Shown: in pieces, positions 1 through 9,381 of the stretch
Layout: each line of letters begins with the position of its first letter
How positions within the stretch are numbered: the first letter of the stretch is position 1
Source: Rhodothermales bacterium
Lineage (GTDB): Bacteria > Bacteroidota > Rhodothermia > Rhodothermales > Bin80
Direction: 5' to 3'
Assembly (NCBI GenBank): GCA_965203305.1
Contig: OZ241874.1
Coordinates: forward strand, 2,865,687 to 2,929,686
DNA: 64,000 nucleotides
The notes under the pieces: generated by a model
Told to the model about the DNA's origin: nothing
Databases searched by the model: none
Seen by the model: the letters and a program-made list of their open reading frames with translations, nothing else
Made by a program: the position numbers and the translations under genes

Positions 1-3000
1 GATACAATTCTGAACCCTGTGATTCTTACCTACCGGGACTTCGGCAAACGACTAAGCCCGGACGGATCACTCTGGGGATGGACCCCACTGCCGGGATTCA
101 TGAATGAAAACCGGCTGGATCCGATTACTGGACAGCGGACCCCAACACCTGCACTCAGTGATGATCCCAGCTCTTGGCCCCGGTTCTGGCCTGACCGCCT
201 GAACAACCCTGATGATCCCGGCTGGGCCGGAAACTGGAACGGATTTTTTGGCCGTGGGGTCTTTAATGCGGATCTGGAGAGTTTCTATGTGATGGATGAC
301 TTTACCGATCAGGAATATGCCGTTGATCCTGATACCCGGCGGCCCAACAGCGAATATGGTGTGTACTATGCCAGCAGTCAGGACTCCACGATTGGGGGCA
401 TGGGCCTGCAAACACAGGTTCGGCTGTTCCAGTGGGCGAATGTTCTGGCAGAAGACCTCATGTTTATCCTGTACCGCATCACAAATGTGACCAACAAGTC
501 TCATTCTGCCCTCTACCTGGGACAAATCATGGATTATGGTCTGGGGAACGAAGAGGGGGACGAAAATGCCGCGTTTGACCCTCAGCAGGATGTTGCCTAT
601 GGCTGGGATCAGGACGGGATAGGTACCCGCCCCACCGGAGGAAACTATTCGCTTGGATATACCGGGTTCGCATTCCTGGAAAGCCCCGCCCGTGCACGGG
701 ACGGAAGGGATAATGATGAAGATGGAATGACGGACGAATCCAGATTCAACGGCCCCGGCACACTTGTACAGGGACAGCAGCAGATCCTGGGGACTGCCAC
801 CGCAATGTATAATCTGGCAAACTTTGAAGCCTACTACGGCCCCATTTCGTCACGCCCTGCCTACACGGCAGGACGGTGGTGGACCGGAGATGAAAATATG
901 GACTGGGTGGGATTCTCTGATGATAATGGCAACGGAGTTCTGGACCCGGGAGAGGCACTGAACAATGATGTGGGACGCGACGGACAGGGACCGTTTGATC
1001 TCGGATACCCCGGCCCTGATGACGGAGAGGCAGACGGAATCCCCACTCCCGGAGAACCGAACTTTGATGAACTGGATGTGGACGAGTCTGATCAGGTTGG
1101 TCTGACTGGATTTGATTTGCAGACACGCCCCTTCTATGAGAGTGGGGACAACCTGCGGGAAGACTCCTGGATGTGGGACCGCATTATTAACCATGCCCAG
1201 TTTCCGCTTGGAACAAAGCCGGAAGCCTTCAAAGCCGACCTGGAACCGTTCATCCTGTTCTCTTCCGGACCCATTGGACTCGAACCGGAGGGAACCGATT
1301 TTTTCTCTACGGCCTGGATCTTTGGGGAAGATGAGCGTGACTTTTTCAAGAATCGCCGCACGGCACAGAGCATTTTCAATGCAGATTACAACTTTGCCCA
1401 GCCTCCCTTCCTTCCCAAGCTCACTGCGGTCGCTGGGGATGGACGCGTGGTGCTCAGCTGGGATACACTCGCTGTTCGCAGCTTTGACCGCTTTACCCAG
1501 GAATTTGACTTTGAAGGATTCAAGCTCTACAAAGGAACCGATCCCCTGCTCTTTGATGCACGTACCATCACCAATCTGGACGGAGTGGCAACATTCTTCA
1601 AGCCGATTGCACAGTGGGATCTGGAGAACGATATAGAAGGAGCCGTGACTGTACTGGAAGGCGAAGCCGTCTACTACCTCGGAGACGATACAGGTCTGCA
1701 ATTTTACTACATTGACGAAAATGTAACGAATGGAATCACCTACTACTATGCGCTGGTCGCCTATGACCGGGGGTTCCGTGATCCTGACGATCCACGCAAG
1801 GAGCCCATTGATCCGCAGGAGAATTCCTTCAATATCAGTGTGAACCAGGCAGGTCGTCTGACCGGATTTTCCCAAAATGCAGCGGTGGTAACTCCCCGAT
1901 CTGTCCCTGCAGGATATGTGGAAGGGGGAGCGAACGAAGACTTGAGTCGCGTGACCGAAGGGATTGGGGCTGGGTCCATCCGTGTAAGACTACTCCAGGA
2001 GGGCATCGCAGATTTTGACGGGGTCTATCGCATCTCCTTCTTCAGCGAACCCGTATCTGATGTCTCTGATCTCTATCGCACGAGAACCTATGAAGTAGTC
2101 AATGTTGCCTCTGGCGAGAAGCTGATTGAATCTTCCCCAATTGTGGAGTCTACTCCGCCCTCTGGCGGATTCGTCATTGACATTAACAATGTTGACTGTC
2201 CCCCTCCCCTTGGCTGCGAACTGGATCGGGTACAGACCGGATTCCTTGCAAACGAAGGTACACAGAACGAAGTCTATGATCTGGATCCACGCAACCTGGA
2301 TGGCTACTCCACGAACTGGGTGGCATCCGTGGATCGGGATACGACAGCGGCGTTTCGGGCATCCCCAGACGATTACAAACTGATCTGGGTATCTCCAAAT
2401 GATTCTCTGTATCGCCCGCCACGATTCTTTGGATATCTGCGGGGAGAGGTTCCCATTTTCACGATCAACGAAACCAAAAATACTCCGGCAGAACTCTTTA
2501 TGGAGGATACGAATGGGAGCGGGGAGTTTGATGCCGGCGATCAGGCGATCATTGCCGAACGTCCCGGCAGACGCGGTCCCTGGCGTTTTCGTTACCGCAT
2601 CCGCTTCAATGCAGCAGACGGTGGAAATTCCACTGCTCCCTCTGCGGGAAACTCCTTTCATATCACCAGCAAAAAACCTTTTGCAACCGGTGACTTCTTC
2701 CAATTTACCCTTCGCTCTTCCCGGATTGACTCCGAACTGGCACAGAACGAGCTGGATCGAATTGCCGTAGTTCCGAATCCCTATGTTGGAACCTCCACGT
2801 TTGAGCCGCGCAGCCAGATTGAAGGCCGGGGAGAGCGAAGAGTCCAGTTTATCCATCTTCCTCCCCAATGCACAATCCGCATCTTTAATATCCGGGGAGA
2901 GCTGATTCGCACCCTTCACCATGATAGCGTAACGAGTGATGGAGCGAGGTGGTGGGATCTGCGCACGGAAGAACAGCAGGATATTGCGTACGGGGTGTAC

Positions 3001-3063
3001 ATATTCCATGTGGAAGCTCCTGGAATTGGAGAACATGTGGGAAAATTTGCGCTGGTTAAATGA
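1..3063 (+). CDS. Large secreted protein, C-terminal 1014+ aa (5' end outside the window), with a type IX secretion (T9SS) C-terminal sorting domain
   Basis: The frame is open from nt 1, with no in-frame stop before the GTG at 19. It has Asp-rich calcium-binding-like repeats (DNDEDGMTDE, DDNGNGVLDPGE, DGEADGIPTPGE). The last ~80 aa (VVPNPYVG..TIRIFNIRGELIRTLHHD..YGVYIFHVEAPG..FALVK) show the beta-sandwich CTD pattern of T9SS cargo. The stop overlaps the next start (ATGA). Confidence 0.7.
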   Translation, partial: DTILNPVILTYRDFGKRLSPDGSLWGWTPLPGFMNENRLDPITGQRTPTPALSDDPSSWPRFWPDRLNNPDDPGWAGNWNGFFGRGVFNADLESFYVMDDFTDQEYAVDPDTRRPNSEYGVYYASSQDSTIGGMGLQTQVRLFQWANVLAEDLMFILYRITNVTNKSHSALYLGQIMDYGLGNEEGDENAAFDPQQDVAYGWDQDGIGTRPTGGNYSLGYTGFAFLESPARARDGRDNDEDGMTDESRFNGPGTLVQGQQQILGTATAMYNLANFEAYYGPISSRPAYTAGRWWTGDENMDWVGFSDDNGNGVLDPGEALNNDVGRDGQGPFDLGYPGPDDGEADGIPTPGEPNFDELDVDESDQVGLTGFDLQTRPFYESGDNLREDSWMWDRIINHAQFPLGTKPEAFKADLEPFILFSSGPIGLEPEGTDFFSTAWIFGEDERDFFKNRRTAQSIFNADYNFAQPPFLPKLTAVAGDGRVVLSWDTLAVRSFDRFTQEFDFEGFKLYKGTDPLLFDARTITNLDGVATFFKPIAQWDLENDIEGAVTVLEGEAVYYLGDDTGLQFYYIDENVTNGITYYYALVAYDRGFRDPDDPRKEPIDPQENSFNISVNQAGRLTGFSQNAAVVTPRSVPAGYVEGGANEDLSRVTEGIGAGSIRVRLLQEGIADFDGVYRISFFSEPVSDVSDLYRTRTYEVVNVASGEKLIESSPIVESTPPSGGFVIDINNVDCPPPLGCELDRVQTGFLANEGTQNEVYDLDPRNLDGYSTNWVASVDRDTTAAFRASPDDYKLIWVSPNDSLYRPPRFFGYLRGEVPIFTINETKNTPAELFMEDTNGSGEFDAGDQAIIAERPGRRGPWRFRYRIRFNAADGGNSTAPSAGNSFHITSKKPFATGDFFQFTLRSSRIDSELAQNELDRIAVVPNPYVGTSTFEPRSQIEGRGERRVQFIHLPPQCTIRIFNIRGELIRTLHHDSVTSDGARWWDLRTEEQQDIAYGVYIFHVEAPGIGEHVGKFALVK

Positions 3064-4118
3064 TGCGAGCCGCTCTACAGACTGTCGCCTGCCAAGTTGC
3101 GCTGCTGTTCGTACTGATCAGTGGCAGTGTGGGAATTGCACTGGCACAAAGCCGTTCGGGGACGACAGCTGCAAATTTTCTGACGATTGGAACTGGAGCA
3201 CGAGGGCAGGCACTGGGACACGCCTACACCGCTCTGGCCACCGGCGCAGATGCACTTTTCTGGAATCCGGCTGGGGCTGCCCGTGCGTATGAAGATAGAG
3301 CTTCGGGCGGGGTGTTCTTATCGCATTCGCGCTGGTTTGCCGACATTCAGTATAACGCCGCTTCTGTCACAGTCCCCGTGTATGGCGATCACGTATTGGG
3401 ACTGAGCGTGGCAGCCGTAAACTACGGGACCATGAAAGTGCGGACCGTAGCGTTCCCGGAAGGGACAGGCGAAACCTTCCGTGCGAGTGATTTCAGTCTG
3501 GGACTGAGCTATGCACAACCTCTCACAGAATCGTTCTACTTTGGAGGCACTGCCAAGTATGTACGCCAGCAGATCAGGGACATGACTGCCAGTACGATTG
3601 GATTTGATATTGGCTTTGTTCTGAAATCTGACTATCTCCGCGGTCTGATTCTGGCGGCATCCATTCAGAATTTCGGGGGGAAAATGCAAATGAGTGGAGT
3701 CAACAGTGTCGTATTCGTTGACATTGACGCCAAGATCAGCGGAAACAACCCCGATATTCCTGCTCGCATTGAGATGGATTCATGGGATCTGCCGCTCTCC
3801 TTCAAATTTGGGCTTGCCATGCCCGTTGTACAGGCTGGCATGATAGAGCTGTCTGCCCTTGCAGACATACAGCAGAGCAACGACAACAGCTTGAACGGAG
3901 ATGCTGGCATGCAACTGCGCATTCACAACCGGACCTTCAATTTTGATGTTCGGGGAGGATACAAGGATCTCTTTCTGGACAATGTGGACAGTCACCTGAC
4001 CTTTGGAGCCGGAATAGATGTGCGGGCATTCGGCGTTCGGCTTGGCTTTGATTATGCGTACACGCCATACAACCTCCTCGGGCAAACGCAAGTGGTGGAC
4101 TTCCGGGTATATTTCTGA
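3060..4118 (+). CDS. PorV/PorQ-family T9SS outer-membrane beta-barrel protein
   Basis: Signal peptide ending ALAQS. N-terminal motif AANFLTIGTGARGQALGHAYTALATGADALFWNPAG is typical of the PorV/PorQ family. Alternating beta-strand pattern and a C-terminal aromatic residue (..RVYF). Sits directly after a CTD cargo gene. Confidence 0.7.
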   Translation: MMRAALQTVACQVALLFVLISGSVGIALAQSRSGTTAANFLTIGTGARGQALGHAYTALATGADALFWNPAGAARAYEDRASGGVFLSHSRWFADIQYNAASVTVPVYGDHVLGLSVAAVNYGTMKVRTVAFPEGTGETFRASDFSLGLSYAQPLTESFYFGGTAKYVRQQIRDMTASTIGFDIGFVLKSDYLRGLILAASIQNFGGKMQMSGVNSVVFVDIDAKISGNNPDIPARIEMDSWDLPLSFKFGLAMPVVQAGMIELSALADIQQSNDNSLNGDAGMQLRIHNRTFNFDVRGGYKDLFLDNVDSHLTFGAGIDVRAFGVRLGFDYAYTPYNLLGQTQVVDFRVYF

Positions 4119-5361
4119 GCCCTGGGGCATACTCCTGATTCTTTTCCTGCTCGCTGGATGCTCTGCATCTCCGGAGGAGCAGGATCAGGCACTGGCGGAC
4201 ATCAACGGACATGTCATTACGGTCGGAGCATTTGAACGCTCCTATGTCCAGGCACTGATCCAGAGCGGCCAGAATGATACTCCAGATGCACGTTATGCGC
4301 ACCTGAACCTTCTCATTGACGAGTACCTCTGGTACGAGGAAGCCCTTCGACACAATCTGGATGCGGACAGCCTACTCCCCGAGTTTGCCGAACTGGCCCT
4401 CAAAAAGGCTACAGGTGGACGTTTCTATGAGCTTGAATTTGTGGAGAAGCTCCCCCCGTTAAAAGATTCAGAAATCCGCCAGGCGTTTGCCCGATACAAG
4501 CAGCCTCTACTCGTCCGCCATCTCTTCTATCGAAACGAAGCGGATGCCCGTACAACACATGCCAGACTTGAGTCTGGACATTCTTTTCTTGATGAAGCGC
4601 AACTTGCGTTCCAGACGGAAGCATTTGATTCCACCGCAGGATGGCTTGGGGAAATCCGTTACTTTCAGGCAGACGATGCATTTGCGGAAGCAGCCTTTGC
4701 ATTGTCTACGGGAGAGTACTCCACCCCGGTTCGCACCCGGCAGGGATGGCATATTGTCAAAGTGGAGGACCGTCTCGGGACTCCCATTATTGTGGAATCA
4801 GAATTTCAGAACCGCAAGGGCGGGATTGCAAGCCTGCTGCGTATCCGCAGGAGGCGACTGGAGGGAGATCGTTTTGTCCGTGCCTACATGGAAGCCAGAT
4901 CTGTACAGATCAACGAAGAGGGGGTTCGGTCACTCCGGGCAGCATTGGGACGAATCATGGAACGGTCTGCTGTCCTGAATGATACCTATGACACCGCAGC
5001 CCGGCCGCTAACCCCGCAGACCCCGCTTGCGATATTCAGGGCAGATGGTGAAATGCGGACATTCACAGCTGAAGACTACTTCTTCTGGTTTTCTGAGCTG
5101 CCCCTTTCCGAAGCGGCTTCCAGCCCGGCCGCATCTCTGGGGCGTGCGATTCGTAACGAGGCCCTTGCACTGGCAGGAATGGCACGTGGCCTTGAAAAGG
5201 ATGTGATTGTACAGGAGGAGGTTGCAATGTCCGGCAGGACATACCTTGCAAACTCCATGCGCAGGCAGCTGGAATCTGACAGCACTGTACTGGGAGCACT
5301 TCGGTCGGCAGCATCAGTCCATGTGGACACGGTGCTGTTCGCGCAAATCATGGTTGATTGA
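4054..5361 (+). CDS. Parvulin-type peptidyl-prolyl isomerase (SurA/PpiC-like) lipoprotein
   Basis: Lipobox LLAGC after a basic N-region. Parvulin core LLVRHLFYRNEADA..GWLGEIRYFQ..FALSTGEYSTPVRTRQGWHIVKVEDR. Start placed at the ATG at 4054. The track start at 4018 overlaps the upstream gene by 100 nt, so the start is uncertain. Confidence 0.7.
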   Translation: MRTRHTTSSGKRKWWTSGYISEPWGILLILFLLAGCSASPEEQDQALADINGHVITVGAFERSYVQALIQSGQNDTPDARYAHLNLLIDEYLWYEEALRHNLDADSLLPEFAELALKKATGGRFYELEFVEKLPPLKDSEIRQAFARYKQPLLVRHLFYRNEADARTTHARLESGHSFLDEAQLAFQTEAFDSTAGWLGEIRYFQADDAFAEAAFALSTGEYSTPVRTRQGWHIVKVEDRLGTPIIVESEFQNRKGGIASLLRIRRRRLEGDRFVRAYMEARSVQINEEGVRSLRAALGRIMERSAVLNDTYDTAARPLTPQTPLAIFRADGEMRTFTAEDYFFWFSELPLSEAASSPAASLGRAIRNEALALAGMARGLEKDVIVQEEVAMSGRTYLANSMRRQLESDSTVLGALRSAASVHVDTVLFAQIMVD

Positions 5362-5759
5362 CTGAATCCGCAGTACACCTCGTCATTGCACGGAGCGTGG
5401 CCTGCAGTGAAATGCATCACCCGAATTCATGCGGGAATTTCCCGTAACAGCCCCAAGGAATATCACCCGAAACCCCGGCCAGATAAATCACGCACGGAAG
5501 GCATCATCATACAAACTTCCAGGACATACCCCCACTTCTGCATGGTGCAGTTTTTGGTTGCTTTTCATTTGACTGAAAGTACATCAAATTGGATCGGGAA
5601 TGTGATCACATTGAAACTGGTTGAACGCAGATCTGTATACGACCTGCGTGTTTTTTGGGGGGGGGGATAAGAAAGTTCTCAAACTACTAATAGTTTGAGA
5701 AGTATTTCCCTGAACTGGAACACGACAGAATTCTCAAATCCCCACATACGGCTGATGAC

Positions 5760-6050
5760 ATGAACGAAGATATGTCCAAAATCAATTACGAAAGCGAAGT
5801 GGGGACCTCTGATGGAGACGTTATGCGCCCTGATTCCGCCAATGCAATTAGAGAGAAGGTGAAAACAGGAAGGTGGCTTCCAAGACAAACTTTCCTGGAT
5901 GTATTGGTTGATGTTCACTGTACCCCTCAAGGACAGGAGTATGACTACGGTTACCATGGTCCACGGGACAGCTTCTTTGAAGCATGGGAAGCTGCAGGTG
6001 CTTATTTGGCGGAAGCGATGAACATCTACGGAAGCAGCCTGAATGACTGA
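5760..6050 (+). CDS. Hypothetical small acidic protein
   Basis: 96-aa ORF with protein-like composition. Its stop overlaps the ATG at 6043 of the next reading frame (ATGACTGA). No recognisable motif. An antisense ORF (5679-5957) competes with it. Confidence 0.35.
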   Translation: MNEDMSKINYESEVGTSDGDVMRPDSANAIREKVKTGRWLPRQTFLDVLVDVHCTPQGQEYDYGYHGPRDSFFEAWEAAGAYLAEAMNIYGSSLND

Positions 6051-6499
6051 TTCAGAATCAAATAGAAGTGAACTTGAGGGGCACGAACCCGAACTGGAGA
6101 AAAATCAAGAATCCGGCATAGTACCTGATACTGAACTTGATTTTGATCAGTCATTTTCCGGGTAGCCCAAATAGGCTTGAGAAGTCTGAGAGAAGAGTAT
6201 CCATCCAATCGTCATTCAGCGGTCCTGTGCCGCCAGCGTCCGAATTAGTCAAATATGAGAATGTCTACCCGGGAGCTGCTGACCGTCTCTTTTCCCTAGC
6301 TGAAAATTCTCAGAGAATACAAGAAAAAGCACTTGATGGACAAATTGGCAATGACAGACGAAAAATAATCTCCTCTACGCTCGTAGCTGTCTGTTTTCCA
6401 TTAGTCATGGCGATACCTGCCTGTCTGGCCATCATATATGACCCAGCTTGGTTGTCAATACTGCTTGGAACAGTGGGCACATCAGGAGGTCTCCTAACT

Positions 6500-7082
6500 A
6501 GTGTCTGTCCGAAAATTTACAGCAACCCCAAATACGGGGGATTCCAGAGGCATTTTTCCACCACAGCGTCATGTATGGCGCGATTCAGATGCTCGTTGCT
6601 ATGAGAGATTCGGGGAAATCTTGCACGAAGATTTCGTGTTTATGGCTGAAGTTACCCCCTAGTTTTTTTGGGGGCTTCAAAAACCGTAATAATTAAGGTT
6701 ATTTGATCCAAATATATAAGAAATAACGGAAAAATGTCGAATTATCCTTAATAATTTAGGGAGTTACATGGGCAGGCATCTGAAAAATCATGCCGTAGAA
6801 AGTACGATTTTTTTAGAGAAAAACTTCAATTATTAAGTATTTTCTCTCATATTATCTTAAAAAGTATCAGAATTTGAACCCTTTTCCTTAAATCTTAGGG
6901 TTGAAATATTTTCAAATACGGGGTAACTTCAGTTATGGACGCCGTTCGGGGATTTGATGCTCCAATCCGCCAAAGGGCTTCCATCTTCGTCAGGAAAAAT
7001 ACCAAAAAATATCTCCAAAAACCCCTCATACGCTCTCGAAACGGCATATATTGGCGATATCCTGAATTTTCTGACGGCCACT
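6500..7082. mobile_element. MITE (copy A1, 583 bp) with termini matching the IS at 34848-36718, carrying a nested second MITE
   Basis: Left end AGTGTCTGTCCGAAAATTT. The reverse complement of the right end is AGTGGCCGTCAGAAAATTC (16/19). Flanked by a 4-bp direct repeat AACT (6496-6499 and 7083-7086). No ORF. The internal sequence is collinear with copy A2 (8808-9086, opposite orientation) except for the 287-bp insert. Confidence 0.75.
6646..6932. mobile_element. Second, unrelated AT-rich MITE (287 bp) nested inside MITE A1
   Basis: Perfect 13-bp terminal inverted repeats: CTGAAGTTACCCC (6646-6658) and GGGGTAACTTCAG (6920-6932). Flanked by the direct repeat TTATGG (6640-6645 and 6933-6938). 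Copy A2 has the uninterrupted site (GTGTTTATAG|ATACTATTCGGGG). Confidence 0.65.
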
Positions 7083-7157
7083 AACTATTCTCCTGCGAGG
7101 TTTGCTCCGAAAAAGAGACAAGAAGAACACATAACTTGTCTTGCGTTTCAGCTATCT

Positions 7158-7175
7158 AGTGTTTGTCCGAAAATT
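7158..7175 (+). repeat. Solo terminal repeat of the same IS/MITE family
   Basis: AGTGTTTGTCCGAAAATT matches the family terminus AGTGTCTGTCCGAAAATT at 17/18 positions. I found no partner end downstream. Confidence 0.5.
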
Positions 7176-7300
7176 ATATTCCGCAATATTGCCTGCGGAG
7201 AAAGCTCAAGCCCTTCCCTGTGGAGTATGATACGGAAGCTGGACATCTCCCGGAAATCTGCTCCCGGCACGAGAGGAAAGTAAAAACAACACTGTAGATC

Positions 7301-8695
7301 TCAAGTTGATACGGCGGTCATCCCTTCCATCAGAGCATCCAGAGACTTGCAAAGCGTATCCACCAGGAATTCAACCTCCTCCTCATTGATGACCAATGGC
7401 GGCGAAATTCCCAGCGTATCTCCCATTGCCCTCAGAATAAGTCCACGGCGAATTGCCTTCGCGCGAAGCTTTGCTCCCATCTGCAAGGAAGCCGGGAACG
7501 GGCTGTACGGTTTCCCCTTGGCAGCGGCCAGCTCCACCCCTGCCACCATGCCCGTACCACGAACCTCTCCCACCAGCGGATGCGGTGCCACACGCTGTCG
7601 CAAACTTTCCTGAAGCTGTGTCCCAATCGTATGGATATGATCAAGAATGTTATCCTGCTCATAGATGTTCAAACATTCCAGTGCAACGGCCGCAGATACA
7701 GGATGCCCTGAATAAGTCAGTCCGTGGGCAAAGACACCAACCTCATCACTCCCATCCTCCAGCACATCATATACCTTCTGGTTGACCATGACCGCCGAAA
7801 TCGGCAGATAGGAAGCTGAAAGTGCCTTGGCGGTGATCAGCATGTCCGGCTCCATCCCCACCGTCTGGCTCCCCCACATATTCCCCGTTCTGCCAAATCC
7901 GCAAATGACCTCATCCGCAACAAGAAGTACGTCATGCTTTCTCAGTACATCCTGGATTGCTGCAAAGTACCCTTCAGGCGGGAGGATGACACCCCCGACT
8001 CCCATGACCGGCTCTGCAATGAATGCGGCAACCGTTTCGGGGCCCTCTTCCAAGATTTGCGCATCCAGTTCTGCGGCCAGACGGACACTGAACTCTCTCT
8101 CTGACTCGCCCTCATGTCCGTACCGGAGATAATGCGGCTTGGATGTATGAAGAAAACCCTGAAGTGGAAGGTCAAACATCTTGTGATTGCGGGGCAGTCC
8201 CGTAAGACTTGCCGATGCAATCAGTGATCCGTGATACGCATCCTGGCGGGCAATAATTTTCTTTTTCTGCGTACGACCAAGAACATTGTTATAAAACCAG
8301 ATCATCTTGACAGCCGAATCCACTGCCTCTGAACCGGAGTTTGCAAAGAACACCTTGGCCATGGGTACAGGTGCAATCTCCAGCAGCTTTTTTGCCAGCG
8401 CAATCCCAACTGGATGGCTGGCCGCCGCAAACATGTGCATGTAGGGCAGTTTTTGCAACTGCCTGTGTGCTGCATCCACCAGTCGCTGTTCACTAAACCC
8501 GAGCGATGCGGACCAAAGTCCGGCTACTCCCTCAAGAAAACGGTTACCGTGTTCATCATAGACCCAGACTCCCTCCCCGTGTGTAATGATCATGGGACGG
8601 TACGTCCCAAGAGCCGTAAAAGGATGCAGGACAGAGGCACGGTCCTCCAGTGAAAGTTCCGTAGGATTCAGCTCAGACTCAGCCATCTTTGTCAT
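7301..8695 (-). CDS. Class-III PLP-dependent aminotransferase (omega-aminotransferase family)
   Basis: Full-length match to the class-III pattern: FANSGSEAVDSAVK, AAFIAEPVMGVGGVI, LLVADEVICGFGRTGNMWG, ITAKALSASYLPISAV (PLP lysine region). Start placed at MTKMAESE (8695). Confidence 0.85.
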   Translation of the reverse strand: MTKMAESELNPTELSLEDRASVLHPFTALGTYRPMIITHGEGVWVYDEHGNRFLEGVAGLWSASLGFSEQRLVDAAHRQLQKLPYMHMFAAASHPVGIALAKKLLEIAPVPMAKVFFANSGSEAVDSAVKMIWFYNNVLGRTQKKKIIARQDAYHGSLIASASLTGLPRNHKMFDLPLQGFLHTSKPHYLRYGHEGESEREFSVRLAAELDAQILEEGPETVAAFIAEPVMGVGGVILPPEGYFAAIQDVLRKHDVLLVADEVICGFGRTGNMWGSQTVGMEPDMLITAKALSASYLPISAVMVNQKVYDVLEDGSDEVGVFAHGLTYSGHPVSAAVALECLNIYEQDNILDHIHTIGTQLQESLRQRVAPHPLVGEVRGTGMVAGVELAAAKGKPYSPFPASLQMGAKLRAKAIRRGLILRAMGDTLGISPPLVINEEEVEFLVDTLCKSLDALMEGMTAVST

Positions 8696-8774
8696 GAGTG
8701 TCTGTGGTTGAACTCCTGGACCATCTCCAGAACATCTGGCGCAGGACTCCTGCGCTGCCAGCCAAGCAAACAAA

Positions 8775-8802
8775 GGGGCTCATATGCGTGAGTGTCCATG
8801 AG
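8775..8802. repeat. Solo copy of the tnpB-element terminal repeat
   Basis: GGGGCTCATATGCGTGAGTGTCCATGAG matches the reverse complement of the 40374-40401 end of tnpB element 2 (GGGGCTCATATACGTGAGGGCCTATGAG) at 24/28 positions. No tnpB follows it. MITE A2 starts 5 bp later. Confidence 0.45.
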
Positions 8803-8807
8803 TATAT

Positions 8808-9086
8808 AATGTCTGTCCGAAAATTCAGAATATCGCCAATATATGCCGTTTAGAGGGCGTATGAGGGGTTTTTGAAAATATTTTTCCTGACAAGGATGAA
8901 GGCTTTGGGGTGGATTTGGAGGTAAAATCCCCGAATAGTATCTATAAACACGCAATCTCCGTGCAAGATTCCCCGAATCTCTCATAGCGAACGAACACCA
9001 GAATCACTCCATACATGATGCTGTGGGGAAAAATCCCCCTGGAATCCCCCGTATTTAGGGTTGCCGTGAATTTTCGGACAGACACT
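8808..9086. mobile_element. MITE (copy A2, 279 bp), same family as 6500-7082
   Basis: The ends AATGTCTGTCCGAAAATTC and the reverse complement AGTGTCTGTCCGAAAATTC match at 18/19 positions. Flanking 4-mers are ATAT and ATAC (3/4). The internal sequence aligns with copy A1 in inverted orientation. No ORF. Confidence 0.75.
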
Positions 9087-9171
9087 ATACGAGCCCCTAC
9101 ACCGTTTTTTACTTCTGTGGAGCGGTTTTCTGCTTCGTTCATCAAAATGCATCAGATCTATTTTCGTAATT

Positions 9172-9381
9172 TCAGTACAGTGCTGCGGGTTGTAACATCT
9201 CCTGTCTTGTGTCCGCCAGCTTAAAATGAGTATCGGGGAAATTAGCAGTGAATGTTCTCAGAGCATCTTCATCCTTATCCAGGGCAAGTGCAAGGTTCAT
9301 CCCGGAATCACGAAAACTGCAACTTGCGCCTCCACACCCGGCAGAGAAGTCGCATGCTGGCCCATTAGCAGTGCTCTCGTT
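9172..9381 (-). pseudogene. N-terminal fragment of a DNA (cytosine-5) methyltransferase
   Basis: Translation ..GPACDFSAGCGGASCSFRDSGMNLALALDKDEDALRTFTANFPDTHF.. carries C5-MTase motif I (F-x-G-x-G-G) and the following A-x-D/E..A..T/Y..NF block. There is no in-frame start (the nearest ATG is in another frame). The frame stops after 69 codons, well before the PC catalytic motif IV. Confidence 0.55.

Larger units (their letters stand above)
6043..7134 (+). pseudogene. DUF2335-family membrane protein gene, disrupted by a possible frameshift near its 5' end and a MITE insertion 15 codons before its stop
   Basis: Conserved DUF2335 core SFSGPVPPASELVKYENVYPGAADRLFSLAENSQRIQE followed by a TM segment. 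An ATG-initiated 40-codon frame (6043-6165) would fuse to the DUF2335 frame through a 1-nt change in the T4 run at 6154-6157. The coding frame runs into MITE sequence at 6500. Removing 6500-7086 restores ..GGLLTILLRGLLRKRDKKNT-stop (stop at 7132-7134). Confidence 0.5.

Noticed and set aside
6043-6230. The peptide SFSG occurs twice (..DFDQSFSG-stop, then ..IQSSFSGPVPP), suggesting a local duplication
   Set aside because: The underlying nucleotides are not similar. It is more simply explained by chance plus the possible frameshift noted in the pseudogene entry.
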